From Aplysia californica (lineage: Eukaryota), in NCBI RefSeq assembly GCF_000002075.1, contig NW_004798372.1, positions 81,338 through 142,242 on the forward strand: a DNA stretch of 60,905 nt. Direction: 5' to 3'. Shown here in pieces: positions 1 to 12,513 of this stretch. The position numbers and the translations under genes are program-made. A model generated the notes under the pieces. The model saw only the letters and a program-made list of their open reading frames with translations. It ran no database searches and was not told the origin of the DNA. Positions within the stretch are counted from its first letter, which is position 1. Each line of letters opens with the position of its first letter.

Positions 1-1441
1 TATTTCTTGCCAAGCACCAAAACCTTACAGAAGAAAATTTCAAAAAATGTTGGGATCTCAAAGTTGACTTTAATAAAGACCGTAAAGGAGACTTTACATC
101 AAGAATTATAAGAAAATGTTCCAATTATTAAGTTTTGATTGGTCCTTAAAATGTTGTGAACAAAACCCATGGGAAAACTTCATTTCCACAGATATAGCAA
201 AATCAGCTATACTAGCTCCTCAAATTAGTGCTATAATATAACTATCTTTTCCTTAAAATTGGGTCAGGTAAAAAGAAACCAGATAACAAAAGAATTGCAG
301 TAAGTACACGAGTACAAAGAAAATAGAAAAGTAGTAGGCTAAAGCTGCAAACACTGGTCTTCTCTCAAAAGTATAAGATTCTTAACAACGTAGATAAACA
401 TCAAAACTACGTTCCAGTCTTGGCTAAATAATTCTAAGAAAAAAAAATTACAAGAATCTCTGACTTACTCTCCAGCAGTCGCCTTGTGGAAGGGCTAAGG
501 GCACAAGTTCTGTTACTGTAAGAATTTGGCAGCACATAGTCTCCCTTGTCTTTGCTTGCTTCTAAAAGGACAATTCTTTTGTTCTTAAGCATTTTGTTGT
601 TTCCTGGAATAAACAAGTTGCACAAGGATCAGACTAAAGTGTATTCTAAAAACATAGCCTTGCCTACAATTATATTTAGTTTGAAATTTGAGAGACTCAT
701 CTCAAATATGGGTTTTATTCTCGCGAGATTCTGGGGAAAGCTTTCAACTCATTACACCCGAAGCAGCGACTCAGTCGTCACTGGCCGAATGCGCTTTCTG
801 CGAAGGGGTAACTCAGTTGTCATTTTCCGTATGGACTTATTAACCGTATCCGTACGCCCTGGGGTCATTTTGTACCCCGGGTTGTATTCTTCCCATTAAC
901 AATACTTCTAGTGCGAAGATCTCTTTCAAACTTTCAGTATTTCTCAAAAAATTATTTTGACAGACTGCTATGCAAAGTGTACAAATCAGATTAACGAGTA
1001 AATTTCCTCTATGGAAAGTGGTGGCACAGAATTCCCCATGTCGTATGGATACGATAGTAAAACACGAAGTACGGATACGGGTAAACAGTTCTTTCTGCTA
1101 TTTTCTAAAGGCCTTCCAGAATTTCTTCAGATCAACTGGTTTTTCAGTTTTAAGAGGTTTCTCAAATTGTGATTTATCACTGTGCTCGGATTATTTATGT
1201 CATGTTCAGTTTAAGCAGACTCCACTGTAGGTTATATCATACCCAGCTGAACAGTTTTCTGACAGGAGTCAAGCAAGGGGCACTATTACTGTTTTTCTCC
1301 TCCAGCAATGCCTGTAACATGATGCCTTTACAATTAGGCGAAGGTCTCAATCCGAATTTTGAATCATTAACTTCTCAGATGCCATGATGGCAAGGGTCAC
1401 TAAGGTCTACAAAAAGACCTAGAATCTCGGCTACTCTGATA

Positions 1442-1584
1442 GGGTGTCCAGGCACCCTTTAGTTAACCATTGCACCTGAACAAGATTTACAAGGTTGGTT
1501 TTTTTTCTGTAATCGTGAGATCAAACTGCACCGCAAATCACCTATTACATCTAACTTACTGATAAAATTATGGCCTGGACACCC
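1442..1584. mobile_element. Small TA-flanked MITE in COQ6 intron 1
   Basis: Perfect TIR GGGTGTCCAGGC with TA on both sides (1440-1441, 1585-1586). Confidence 0.55.
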
Positions 1585-2847
1585 TAACTATATAATACAT
1601 TTTTAGGTTGAGCAAATAAAAGTAGCAAAGCGAGAGGATTTTTTTCAATATTATTATTATGCTGTGCTGATTGGTTTATGTGATAGACACTGGTGTGCAG
1701 ATACCAATAATTTTGAAATTTTGAAAATCGGTTAATAATTAACTTTTTAATGAATTTTTTTATGTCTTAAGTTAAAAAGTAGCCTTTTTGGTACTTTTTT
1801 GCACATAGGACATGATAGAAGAAATATAGGCCGAGGGTGTTGACCTGTTTTTAGTCCTTCTCAAACAGAAAAGAGTATCAACTTTGAACTAACCGACTTA
1901 CAGCAATGAAACTTGGTACCTTACAATAACTTTTTATGCCGAACGCAGTTGTGAGAACGGATTTTATGTGTGTATGCATAACTAATTAACATACAATAGC
2001 AAATTTATGCAACATCACAGCAAAAATATTTGAAAATTAGCGTAACACGCAATATTTTTCTATCCCATAATTACAAATAATACACTATCCTCTATATTGT
2101 AGTGCAGATGTTTATGCCCCCATCAACTTAATTTAGATCATTTAGGAGTCGTGCTGCTTTAACTTTGACCCTGCCTATTAGGGCCAACCTGGGCTGAGAG
2201 GGATACAACATCCCAGCAGAAAGACATTAAGCATTAATTGCTCACTTTCCTTGGAACTGTAAACATCTATTTTTGAAAATATCTCTTTCCCATTCTCAGG
2301 AAATTTCTCAGCCGCCTAGCGATCACGCGCCTCTTGCGTGCCGGCACCTCGCGTTTGGAATGCGCGATCAAGTTTCTAGATCTAGGGTTTTATCAATGGA
2401 TGGGTGGTCATTTTAAGTTGGTACAGAAAATCTACTAAACGCAGAGATCTGAAATTTTACAGCAATAAAGAAGACATGTGGGGCGCTTGTGTGGTCGCTA
2501 TCAACCCGCAGCTCCGCTTAGTTTTCGAACCGCAGAGGAAATTTGCACAAACACGGCAATATCTCCGGTTCTAGTAATCGTTCGGGATTGTACGCTGGCA
2601 TGTCGTTAGTTTAACCTCTCTTCTGGCTGGTTGCCGAGTTTAATTTATTTTCGTCCAGGAGTTTTCCCGTAACTAAACTTAGAAGAGAGTCACTTCTGAT
2701 TCCGAGCGTCCCAAAAAATACCCCTCGTGCGGAGGCCGATTTCCGGCCCAAGGCAGGCGCAGCGGGCGATTGGCATTGCTAATTTACTTTACTTTTAATT
2801 TTGCTTACACAATGACAATGCTTACATTGTAATACATCTTACAACTT

Positions 2848-3010
2848 CTCTAGATTTAGATTAGATCTAGAAAATCTAGATATATCTAGATCTAGATTAT
2901 TAGTCTAGATATATACTGAGATATATATCTAGATATAGATATAGATCTAGATCTAGATTATTGATTATAGAGATATATATATCTATATCTAGACTCTAGC
3001 GCTAGCTAGT
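2848..3010. repeat. Self-complementary (TCTAGA/AGATCT/ATAT)n low-complexity array
   Basis: Directly visible, just inside COQ6 intron 1. Confidence 0.85.
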
Positions 3011-3035
3011 CTGTAGGGCCTACCCGTGTACTTAC

Positions 3036-3210
3036 CTAACGCGCAGGCCATAGATCCACCAACCATTCCCCCACCAGATATAACAATGTCTGCGTAGTCA
3101 TTGTCCTGATTAGAAGATGTGGTGGAATACTGAGACTGAAAATGTTGCGAGAGTCGCCGATGTTGCCTTAGATGACATCGAAAGCACCTAGCAGTCAACC
3201 TTAACGCCAT
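3036..3210 (-). CDS. COQ6: Ubiquinone biosynthesis monooxygenase COQ6, first coding exon (rest of gene lies beyond position 1)
   Basis: ATG at 3210. Arg/Ser-rich mitochondrial-presequence-like N-terminus (MALRLTARCFRCHLRQHRRLS), then the FAD-binding motif YADIVISGGGMVGGSMACALG, matching COQ6 [20 protein letters not shown] as I recall it. Phase-1 donor G|GTAAGT at 3035. Head-to-head with FAM161 as in vertebrates. Confidence 0.88.
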
Positions 3211-3433
3211 GTTTATTTTACAGTTATTCCCCTCTATATAAGAACCGCAGATAATTTTTGTTGTTTGTTTTGTGAAGACTAAAATAAAGAAAATTTATTT
3301 TTTATTTTTACACACCAATAACTTTATGGCTTTATTTGCACCCATCAAAATGTTTTTAATCAGCTCATTTGAATTTTTAAAATTCCCTAAAACCAGAAAA
3401 ATTTGCTGCGAACTTTCAATGTATATGGCAACC
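3211..3433. promoter_or_regulatory. Compact bidirectional promoter/5' UTR region shared by COQ6 and FAM161
   Basis: Only about 215-225 bp separate the divergent ATGs (3210 on -, 3425/3434 on +). TSS positions cannot be determined from sequence alone. Confidence 0.6.
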
Positions 3434-6400
3434 ATGGCGTCAACAAGTCACGGTTTGTCTGTGTGGGCAAATGCCTGTGTGAAAAACCCAATTAATCCTA
3501 AAACTGGATTGAGTTCGACGCTTCCAGAGAGGTCAAGGATTTCCATTCGTTTTGATGATGCTCTTAATGAAGTTGAAAGAGCCCGTTTGTTAAATGCGAC
3601 TGTCTCAGGTGACGGTCGTGACTGGGCCCGTGAATCTTTGGAGGGAAAAGATGTCAATTCGAGATTACAAGCTGCAACAGAACAAGAGTTCTATGAAAAA
3701 CTGCAGCAACTTAAAGAGGAAAATAGAAAGACTATCGAAGCATATGATAAACTTTACAAAGAAAAGATTCTTTTGGAAGGAATTCAAAGGGGGCAGACCA
3801 CCACTTTTCAGCCTGATAAATCTGGTGTTGACAGAGAGGTTGAAAATAATGTTCTTGGTCTTGATGGAAGCAATGCTAGGAACAGTGGGCCTGTTACAAA
3901 GAAACCTCCACCTGGTAAACCATGCATTTCTACATCCAATGCACCAATATTCAGTCGGACGGTGACACATCGCTCCGATACTGCCATCAAGTCAGAGCAA
4001 CCGCCCCTTGTGAGATCTAGAAGCCTTGATGAAGGAGACTTGAAATTAGATGGTCTTCCTGTCATGGGAAGTAAAGACAGTGATGATTTTCTTATTCAAG
4101 AGGGCAACATGTCTGAGTATGAAAAGGCTCTAGAGAAAGTAGACAAGCTATGGGAGGATTTTAAGATATCTGAGTACACACAACGAAGACATTCTTTTTC
4201 TTCTAATGAGCGAAAAAGAGACATAGAAAAGAAAGAGAAAGAATGGAGGCATAGAATAACCATACCACAGCCATTTAGTATGTCTATAAGGGAGGCCTTG
4301 AAAGATAAGAAAAAAACAAAGGCACAAGTAGATCTTGAAATCAGACGTCTTGAAAAGCAAAGACTCGAAGAAGAAGAATGTGCAAAGAAGTTCAAGGCTC
4401 AGCCAGTGCCATCGCATGTTTATTTACCCCTGTATGAAGAAATCATGGAAAAAAATGAAACTAGGCGCAAGTATGCTAAAGAGTACTGCCAAGACTTACT
4501 GAAATCTCAAGTGAAGCCTTTTAATTTTGAAATAAGAGAACAGGAGAAAAAAGCGCAAAGGGTGCAGTCTGCTCCTGTCAAGAGACCTGAGAAAAAAGTG
4601 AAGACAACTTTCAAAGCAAAACCAGTGCCAAAGAATGTCTTCAACACTGATGTTGATGAAAAACTAATGGAGGATGAAGAATTGCGAAAAATTCGGGTTA
4701 GAATGAGGGCAAAGGAGCTTCTTAGAGAGTCATCTCTTCCTCCAAATATGGCAGCTCGGGAAAAGTTAAAGGAGCAGCAAAAGAAAGAGGAGGCAAGAAA
4801 AGCAAAAAAAAACGGAATGAAAAAACAACGGCCAAGAAGTGCACATGTTGTGCCAGACTATGATTTGCTCTACAGAGAATTTCAAAAAGAACTTGCCCGT
4901 CGCAAGACCATGAGAGAAGGAACTGTTGTCGAACCTTTTGAGCTTGAGACTGCAAGAATTAGACAATCTAGTCAAGAAAAAATTCAACATGACATAGAGG
5001 AGGATGAACGGCGCCTAAGAGAAGGACGTTGGCCATTCTCCGGTTCAAGGACAACACCAAGAAGTTCAATGAAGTATCTAGGTAAGAATGCAAAATAGTT
5101 TAACTTATGTGATTTCTAGAGTTTTCAAAATTATTTATTCAATGGTGGCAAATGCTTCTAAGAGTGACAGTGAAATTGAAAGTGCTTTCTTCAAGTTGAT
5201 TGTGAGTTGCTTTATACTTTGTCAGAAAGGTGCAGATCTGTGGGTCTTCAAAGTGAATCTGAGTCATGTCTTACAAAATTACAGCTACTTTGGTAGTGCT
5301 AATGGCAGATGCAACATTTTTGTTGCCCTCATGAAGTCTTTTGGGGTGAGCAACTCAACTGTCTACAATGGGCTGCACTTTCCTTCTTCGCTCTGCCATC
5401 GTACTGTTGAAGGCATCAAGTTATAGTGAGATGTTCTTATATTATATCGTTGACTCTTTTATCTTTTCTTAGTAAGATCTCCATTCTCTGACTTGAGACA
5501 GCTTGGTTATAATGACATTGCCGGGAACCACTCTCTGTACTAAAGGTCTTTCAGCTTTCTGATATTAAGATCCCACAGAGTGCTACAATGTACACTTGAA
5601 ATTATCTGAGAGAGCTACCCAGTGTTGAGGAGAAAAGTGGTTGTGCTAGACAGGTGGAGCTTTTGGATTTTGTCATTATAATGTAGAAAAAAATCCAAGG
5701 GCGGAAGTGAGAAATAGTCATTTGCACTGGTAATTGTCTTAGACAGGTGGTAGTTTTAGTAAGTTCAAATGTACATTAGTCTCTATCCAAACTCACGCCA
5801 TACAAAGGCATGCTCTGCTCAAATGCATGCTTTGGTCATTTGACAGGTTTTAAAGAATTATATAACTGAAACTTACAAATGCACAGTAACTACCTCTAAA
5901 TTCACACCTTGATCTGTAAAACATGCGGACAGGTAGAGTTTGACAAATGGAAATTTTTGCTGCATCCTACAAAGCTTGCATAAGACAAATGGATATTTAG
6001 CAAGATAACTCCTCATGCAAAACAAAGAGAGTGATATACAGAGTATTTACACTCAGTTATCAATGGACACAGAAGGATATATATGTTTAGTTTCATGCCT
6101 ATGAACATGATGTGCAACACTTGTGAATGCTGTAGAACACTAGACAGGCCTCTGTAGGATTAAAGTTGATCAAGTGATCAGCTGCTCTGGAAGAATTTAT
6201 GATGTAGGCTACTTCTTCAATGAATAACTAGAGAAAAGTCTCTCAGAATGTCTGATGTCATCCAAGAATTTGCCAAGTTGCAACTGACAGGTAGTCGAGA
6301 GTGGTCGCTTTGAAAGCCACCTGGTTTGCTATAATGACTACTTCCAATAGTGTCCTCTTATCTGTTTTATATTAGTTACTACACATCAGTACAGCGAATC

Positions 6401-9400
6401 AGTCTTTCTGCTTTTTTCCACCACTCATTCAACACTTTTTGTAGTCATAACCGCAATTGGAAAATCGTTTACAAAACAGTCACGTTTTGTTGCATATCGA
6501 TTTATTGTTGATATGGTGTTATCTCCCCCGGAAAGCAGACTCATCTTTTTAATGTATTGATCCATTCTGTGTAGACCTTTTTATCAACACCATCTACTTG
6601 TACTTTTTTAGCTGAGTTTGATTCTTTATGGGGAGAATTTTTGTACAGTATTTTGGTGTTTTTTTCCATTGGACTTTTACCTCTCCCGCTGGGGTTGACC
6701 CTGACTGGCTGGGTTAAAGCCTGCTTCCTAAAAATAATCTAAATTGTGTCAGTGAGGACGTAAAAATAGCTTTTTTAAAAAACAATATGAAAAATCATTC
6801 ACAACATACTGGTCTAGCACAATAGTGGAAACTTCTCCGACATGGAAAAAGCAAATTATTCACTACCCCACTGTGTACACTGAGAGCTTTGATTATTATT
6901 TTTCTGAGCATTTAGATACTTCTGCTATTCACAAAAATCGTGTCTTGTTACAACATCATTGATTCACTTCTTTATGACATGTTGTAGGTGCCCTGTCAAC
7001 CTCGCTGGACTCCATACCAACTAGCTCAACAAAAGCTGCTCAGCTGAGGACGACTGTGGTTCAGTAAGTAACCCTTTTTAGGCTTTTGCATCACGTCATT
7101 TATTTTTTGGAGGAAATAAGAAAGAAAGAGAGAAGGTTGTTTTGTTTTTTCAGGATTTGTTTGATTAGTTTACAATAATCCGTGTGGTAACTGCACATTT
7201 TAGCTTGAACAAATTAGAGCAAAACGAAAAGTGGAAAGATATGAAAGGAGCAAACCTGTTCAGACTGAAAAGGATAAGAGCTTTTGAAGAGCAATGTTAG
7301 TATTTCTATATGATTATGTCAGCATGCCTGTGGTGAGCTTAGACAAAAAGTGTTGTTTTTGTTTCTTAAATGGTGGGTTATCTTGTGTGATGTTGTTTGT
7401 ATATGGCATTGCTTTACTCCTGTAATGCCTGTAAAACAGCAACTTGTACTGAATGTTTCACAGGAAGCTGAAAATGTTTTGCAATTTTATTATTGAGTCT
7501 GACAGCATAATAACAAATTGTGAAGCACATAATTCATCATCATTGCCTTTTTCACCCTGGATCAGGATATAGGCCACGAACAAACACTTTCCACCTTTCC
7601 CTATCTTGGGCGAGTTGCTTGATGTCACTCCATGTCTTCCCACTTTTCTGTACATCCATTTCCATGACTCTTATCCAGGTTCCACGTGGTGTTCCCCTTG
7701 ATCTTTTACCCAGTGGGTACCAATCTAACACTTTCCTTATTATGCAGCTGCTTGACGTCCTAAAAGTGTGTCCAATCCATCATCAACACCTTCTTCCCAC
7801 CTCATCTCTGACTGGGTTCTGTCTCGTTTTTCTTAATACTTCCTCGTTGGTGATCCTGTCTGTCCATCTGATCCTCAGTAGCTTCCTCGGACACTTGTTC
7901 AAGAGAACCTGGATCCTCTTTATGCTCGTCTGAGATGCGTTCCATGTCTCACATCCATACAACAGGACTGTCTTCACATTTGAGTTGAAAGTCCTCAACT
8001 TTGTTCGTTGTGAGATATCCCTGGTCCTCCAAATCCTGTTCAAAGAAATAAATGCAGGGTGTGCCTTTCCAATACGGGACTTTTTTCAACGCTTGCTCCT
8101 CCTCTCTGACAATTATATTCCTGGGATAGCAGAAGGATTCGACGTCTTCTAGTGAAGCACATAATTAGCCATGTTTTTAAGTCGGGATAAATGGTATAAC
8201 TGTATAAATGTTATATATTATCAATTATAATGTATTGTGTGAAGACTACTTTTTGATTGTTCTTGTATTTAACAAAGTTAGAGCAGCGATAATGGAGGAG
8301 GTATTTGCTATGCTTGGTGGGGGGGGGGGGGGGGGGGGGGGGTTTAAAGGCTTTTGTATTGTATTTTTTTAAAAAGTAGGTCAATGCTAATTCTCTCAAT
8401 CAACTTTGGGGTGTTGTAGGATGTATATCAAAGAAAAGAGCTGATTCTGTCTGTAGAAATTGCATCTAATATTCCTTTGTCTGTAACCCATGTCTGTAGA
8501 AAAGAGAAAGAAAAATCAAAGAATCGCCAGAAAGAAGAGGAAGAGTCTGAGAGGAGGAGAAAGGCAAGAGAAGCAAGGTTGAGACGCTATTTGAATGAAA
8601 AAACAAGCAGTGATGAGATGCCTCACCCAAGGGAGTCGATTGCCACAAGGTTGAAGCGAATGAAGTAAGTATATCTCCTGTGACTTCTCCTGCTGTTCAT
8701 CTTTTTAACACCTATGGGACCGGCCTCACGCTTGACTTTCAATTTGCAAGCACCGGAGCTGCCACCCAGACTCAGTTCCTAACAAAGGTTAAAGATTAGA
8801 CCTTGAGCTACTTATAGAGTAGATTGCTCCTCAGTCAATGATAACAGGTTCCAAATCTATTTTTCATCACTTTCTTCTCAATCTGAAGGCTCTCGATCCA
8901 AATAATCAAGGTCATAGTCCGAGTCAACACTGTCTGTGTCCATACAAATTTTGTTGATCACTTAAGGTTCAGTGAAATACTCTATTTTATTGCTTTCCAC
9001 ATTTAATAGCCAGAAATTTGAAGCAAGATATCAAAAAGGAACTAATCGATGGGTTAATGAAAACATAAATATGTTTTGGGAAAAATCGACAGGCTTTTGT
9101 TTAGATCTAGGCCGTTTTGCTTGCAAGTATTCTCGTCTGCGGTCTTGGGGAAGGCTTTGCAAATATTCATGTCTGCGGTCCCATAGGTGTTAAGGTATAT
9201 TGTTAGCTTTGCTCTTCTCACACTCTGTAGGATATATAAGTATTTCAGTCAGTTTGTATGACCATCAAGCTGTGGCTTTTAACACTTTGCCGCCTCATCT
9301 TGCCGATTGGCGATATTTACCACCCAGTTTCTTTGGATTTTCCCCAAAATGCCTTTGCCTTTGATGGCAAGATTCTTTACTCTATGAGCCTTGTGATGGC

Positions 9401-12400
9401 AAAGTGTAAAAAAAAATGTCAGTTTGGTCCGATCCTACTGTGATCAATAGTTACAATAAAGGCCTACTGTAATTCTTTTAGTTTACAACAACATTATTTG
9501 TTTGTTTTTTAAATTTAAGGATGTGTGGCAGTTTTAAACTTTTTCTGTCCATGATTTTTGCTTTTCTACTAGAATTAAAATGTTGTAAATTAACTCATTC
9601 GATACGCCGAGCCGTGGGGGGCGGCGCGGCTAAAGTGCCGTCAGTACACTAAGCCGCTCCCGGCGGCTCGAGAACCGACGTTCAATTTTAGCTTGGTTTC
9701 TATTCCAATCCACATATCCATGTTAAAATAAAGGTCATAATGTAAAGTTGACTTCCGGGTCAAGCGTTTCCACCGAAAATCGGAATTCTGATTCAGTTTT
9801 GAAACACGATTTCGAAGTTTATGCGACATTGTTTTATCGCGAAGCCAAAATTATAGCCCAGACACCAGTCTTAGTACTTTTACACAACAAAATGTATCAT
9901 TATTTTGCTCACTAAAGAAGTGTAGGACTCTTCTTTATAATATTGATACTACTGGACTCAAATTGCCAGTGCACTGTAATTGAGAAATCAATATTTTTGA
10001 GTGCTAGATCTAGGCCTAGATCTAAATTGTCAAAATATTTTTATTCTCCCCAAAATCACTACCTTTTGGTGAATTTACTCAAAAGTACCACCCAAGACAT
10101 GTATAGGTTTATTCCAAATGCAATTTTCAATAATTCCATATAAGATACAAGTGTTTTTTTCTGTTTGGGATCCTTCTTTCAAAATTATTTAAAAAATTTT
10201 TTTTTTTCAATATGGGAGGTTTTGATCCAAATGTACAAATATTATGGAATGTATGTAAATAACTGCTCATTTTTCAATATTTTCCTGTTCTATATACAAT
10301 TATGGTTATTTTGATATATAATTTGACTAGGTGCAAACATATTTTTTGAGTTTCATCTGAGATTATACATTTTTTGTTTTCAAATTTTATCCGCAGCCAA
10401 TCACAATTGTGTTGCATAATCGCCTCTTACAGGAACCAAAGTTGAAAAATACTCAAATAAACGATACAGATGTATTCTACAAACCATACTGAAAATGTTG
10501 GTATATAATATGTTGATATTTATTTGAATTTATGGCCCCCAAGACCTGTGAACTGGGCACTAGTCATCATCTCATTTCGCCCTCCCGAAAAAAATTCGTC
10601 CACAAGCCGAAAATAATACGTAGCGAATGAGTTAAATTCAGAACATGTTTGTATTCGTGTTACCATTATTTGTTTTGATTATAAAGTATTGACTTACCTG
10701 TAAGTCTACCAATGTTTATGGTGTTGTGGTTAGGCTCTTTGCCATTGCAAACAGATTTGAATTTGATTCCTGAGTGGAGAATTTAAAAAAAACCAAAAAA
10801 TTTAATGAGGTATTTTTGTTTATCTGTTGGGAAGTTGTGTCCTATTGAGCCTGAGATGGCTCCAACACATCGAGTCTAAGTAGCCCACCCCCTTGATGGT
10901 CTATCATGTGTTAAGGCCGGGGATGTAGAACATTTACATTTATATTTTTTTGTTCTATAATTATATATGTATTAATCTGTACACAGGCAAGATGATCGGG
11001 CAAGACAGGAGGCTTATCAGAGAGAGATTCAGGAAATGAGGGCTCGGGTAGAGCAATCTCCACTGTTGGTGGAAAAGTTCATGGCTGTAAGTAGCCTATA
11101 TCTGGTCACAGATATTTGGTCAACGTTTGTTTCTGTATGTTTCAGCTTTTTAAAATCTGGGGTTTTGTTTTCTTATTCATGGGTTAATGTTCCAAGCAGA
11201 GGCACTGTGGGTTTTTTTTCAAAACAGAAAAAGCTGATGTATGTGTTAGCTGTGGCCACTCTCAAGTTTGAACTTTGACATTCGTCATTTTATGGCACTT
11301 ATAAACCTCTGGAATCTTTAGCTTGGGATGAATATTTTATAAGATATTTTGTCAATCTCTTTTGAATCTGTTGCAAAGGTTTAGTCATGACTGTAGTTGT
11401 TGATTGGAATGGGCCTCAAAAATGTTTGTAGTGAAAACAATCTCTCAAAAAAAGTTTTATTCCGTGTTCGTCATCTGTTTTCTGTGACGACACTGGTAAA
11501 ATACATTATAATAAAGCTTACTATAGGGGGCTCTTAGTGGTCTTGAGGTATAGTGTTTGCCTCTCATTCAATAGGTCCCTGGATCAAACCTGACAACAAC
11601 AGAGAATTTTTTTTCTCCAAAATGTTCTCCTTTCCTGCTCTCTGATCATGTTCTGTCATCTGCTTTCATCTCCACTTTCTGCCCCCCCCCCCTTTTTTCC
11701 CGGCTCCTGTCCTGACTCTTTCTATTGCTACTCCTGGCTCCTTATTACTGCTGTCTTTCAGCCACATCCCTGATCTTAGGGTGGGTAAGATGAAACATCT
11801 AACTTTCTCGGATATGGACATAAAAATATTGAAGGTCCCATGTGCAAGTTGGGCACATTAAAGATCCCTTGATGGTCCTAAAATCCATAAGAGTTGGCTT
11901 CGGCAGCCACCTGTGCAAAATTAAAAATCAATTCCTACCAAAACTGAAAATGCTTGTGTCCCACAGGCTCCATATGACATTATGCAGTTGTGAGCACTGT
12001 AAAACGCTTACCTAAACAAACAAAGAAAAAGCTTACAATGAGTTTTTATTTAATTGATATATATATATGTGTTGGATTGCATATTGGGAAAGTGTTTTTG
12101 GGCTCAACAAATATGTGTCCACAACTAAAGAGCTGAAGGATTTATTTTGGTCACCTTGTTTACCAATTGGTGTTCTATGAAAGTCTCTCGGCAATGATTT
12201 GCTTCTTTGCTTCCAATCCTAAATGAAAAGTTTTGGATAATCATTTTTCATTTAACTGAAACAATATTTATGACCCTATCTCAGATTGATGTTTTCGCTT
12301 GCTTGTCTGTAGGAAAATGCCAAGAAGGAAGCAGAGAAAAAATTCAGCACTACAGTACGCCAAGCAGGATTCAGCGACGCAGAATTTAGTTCAGGGCAGA

Positions 12401-12513
12401 AGTCGGGCTCGTCTAGCTTCAGACATGAAGATGAGGACCAGTTCGGTACAGGAAGTGCTGACCTCACATACACAAAAGGAACAGATGAGGATGAATATGA
12501 AGAGGAACAGTAA
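3434..12513 (+). CDS. FAM161A: FAM161-family (UPF0564) centriole/cilia microtubule-binding protein, about 729 aa, 5 coding exons
   Basis: Exons 3434-5081 (alternative ATG 3425), 6988-7063, 8500-8664, 10987-11086, 12313-12513; all GT-AG with consistent phases (1,2,2,0), TAA at 12511-12513. N-terminus MASTSHGLSVWANACVKNPINPKTG resembles FAM161A MATSH...PVNPITG. Contains UPF0564 motifs ITIPQPFSMSIRE, KKFKAQPVPSHVYLPLYEEIME, KPFNF, FKAKPVP, SSLPP. Probably the single pro-ortholog of FAM161A/FAM161B. Confidence 0.88.
7533..8150 (-). mobile_element. 5'-truncated RTE-clade LINE fragment
   Basis: Degenerate ORF2 C-terminus TKLRTFNSNVKTVLLYGCETW...LLRIRWTDRITNEEV...WIGH...GKRSRG..., ending in a short (ATG)n tail near 7535. 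Contains stops. Confidence 0.85.
8709..9189. mobile_element. TTAA-flanked non-autonomous DNA element (piggyBac-type MITE)
   Basis: Perfect 14-bp TIR CACCTATGGGACCG; TTAA at 8705-8708 and 9190-9193; subterminal repeat TGCAA.TATTC..GTCTGCGGTC near right end. Confidence 0.85.
9594..10631. mobile_element. TTAA-flanked non-autonomous DNA element (piggyBac-type)
   Basis: TIR CTCATTCG(A/C)TACG, 12/13 match; TTAA at 9590-9593 and 10632-10635; no coding capacity. Confidence 0.8.
11526..12027 (+). mobile_element. tRNA-derived SINE (family A, about 500 bp, Meta/MESC-like core)
   Basis: tRNA-like head with A/B-box remnants, CT-rich body, core GCACATTAAAGATCCC..GATGGTC, A-rich tail; TSD AAAGCTTAC (11513-11521, 12028-12036); homologous to three other copies in the window. 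Confidence 0.85.

Noticed and set aside
2290-2790. CpG-rich stretch that could be an exon or ncRNA
   Set aside because: No COQ6-like reading frame or recognisable RNA motif; cannot distinguish a TE remnant from a promoter-proximal CpG region.
3272-3433. 5' extension of the 608-aa ORF from a GTG start
   Set aside because: Non-ATG start in the AT-rich promoter spacer; FAM161 similarity begins at MATMASTSH (3425/3434).
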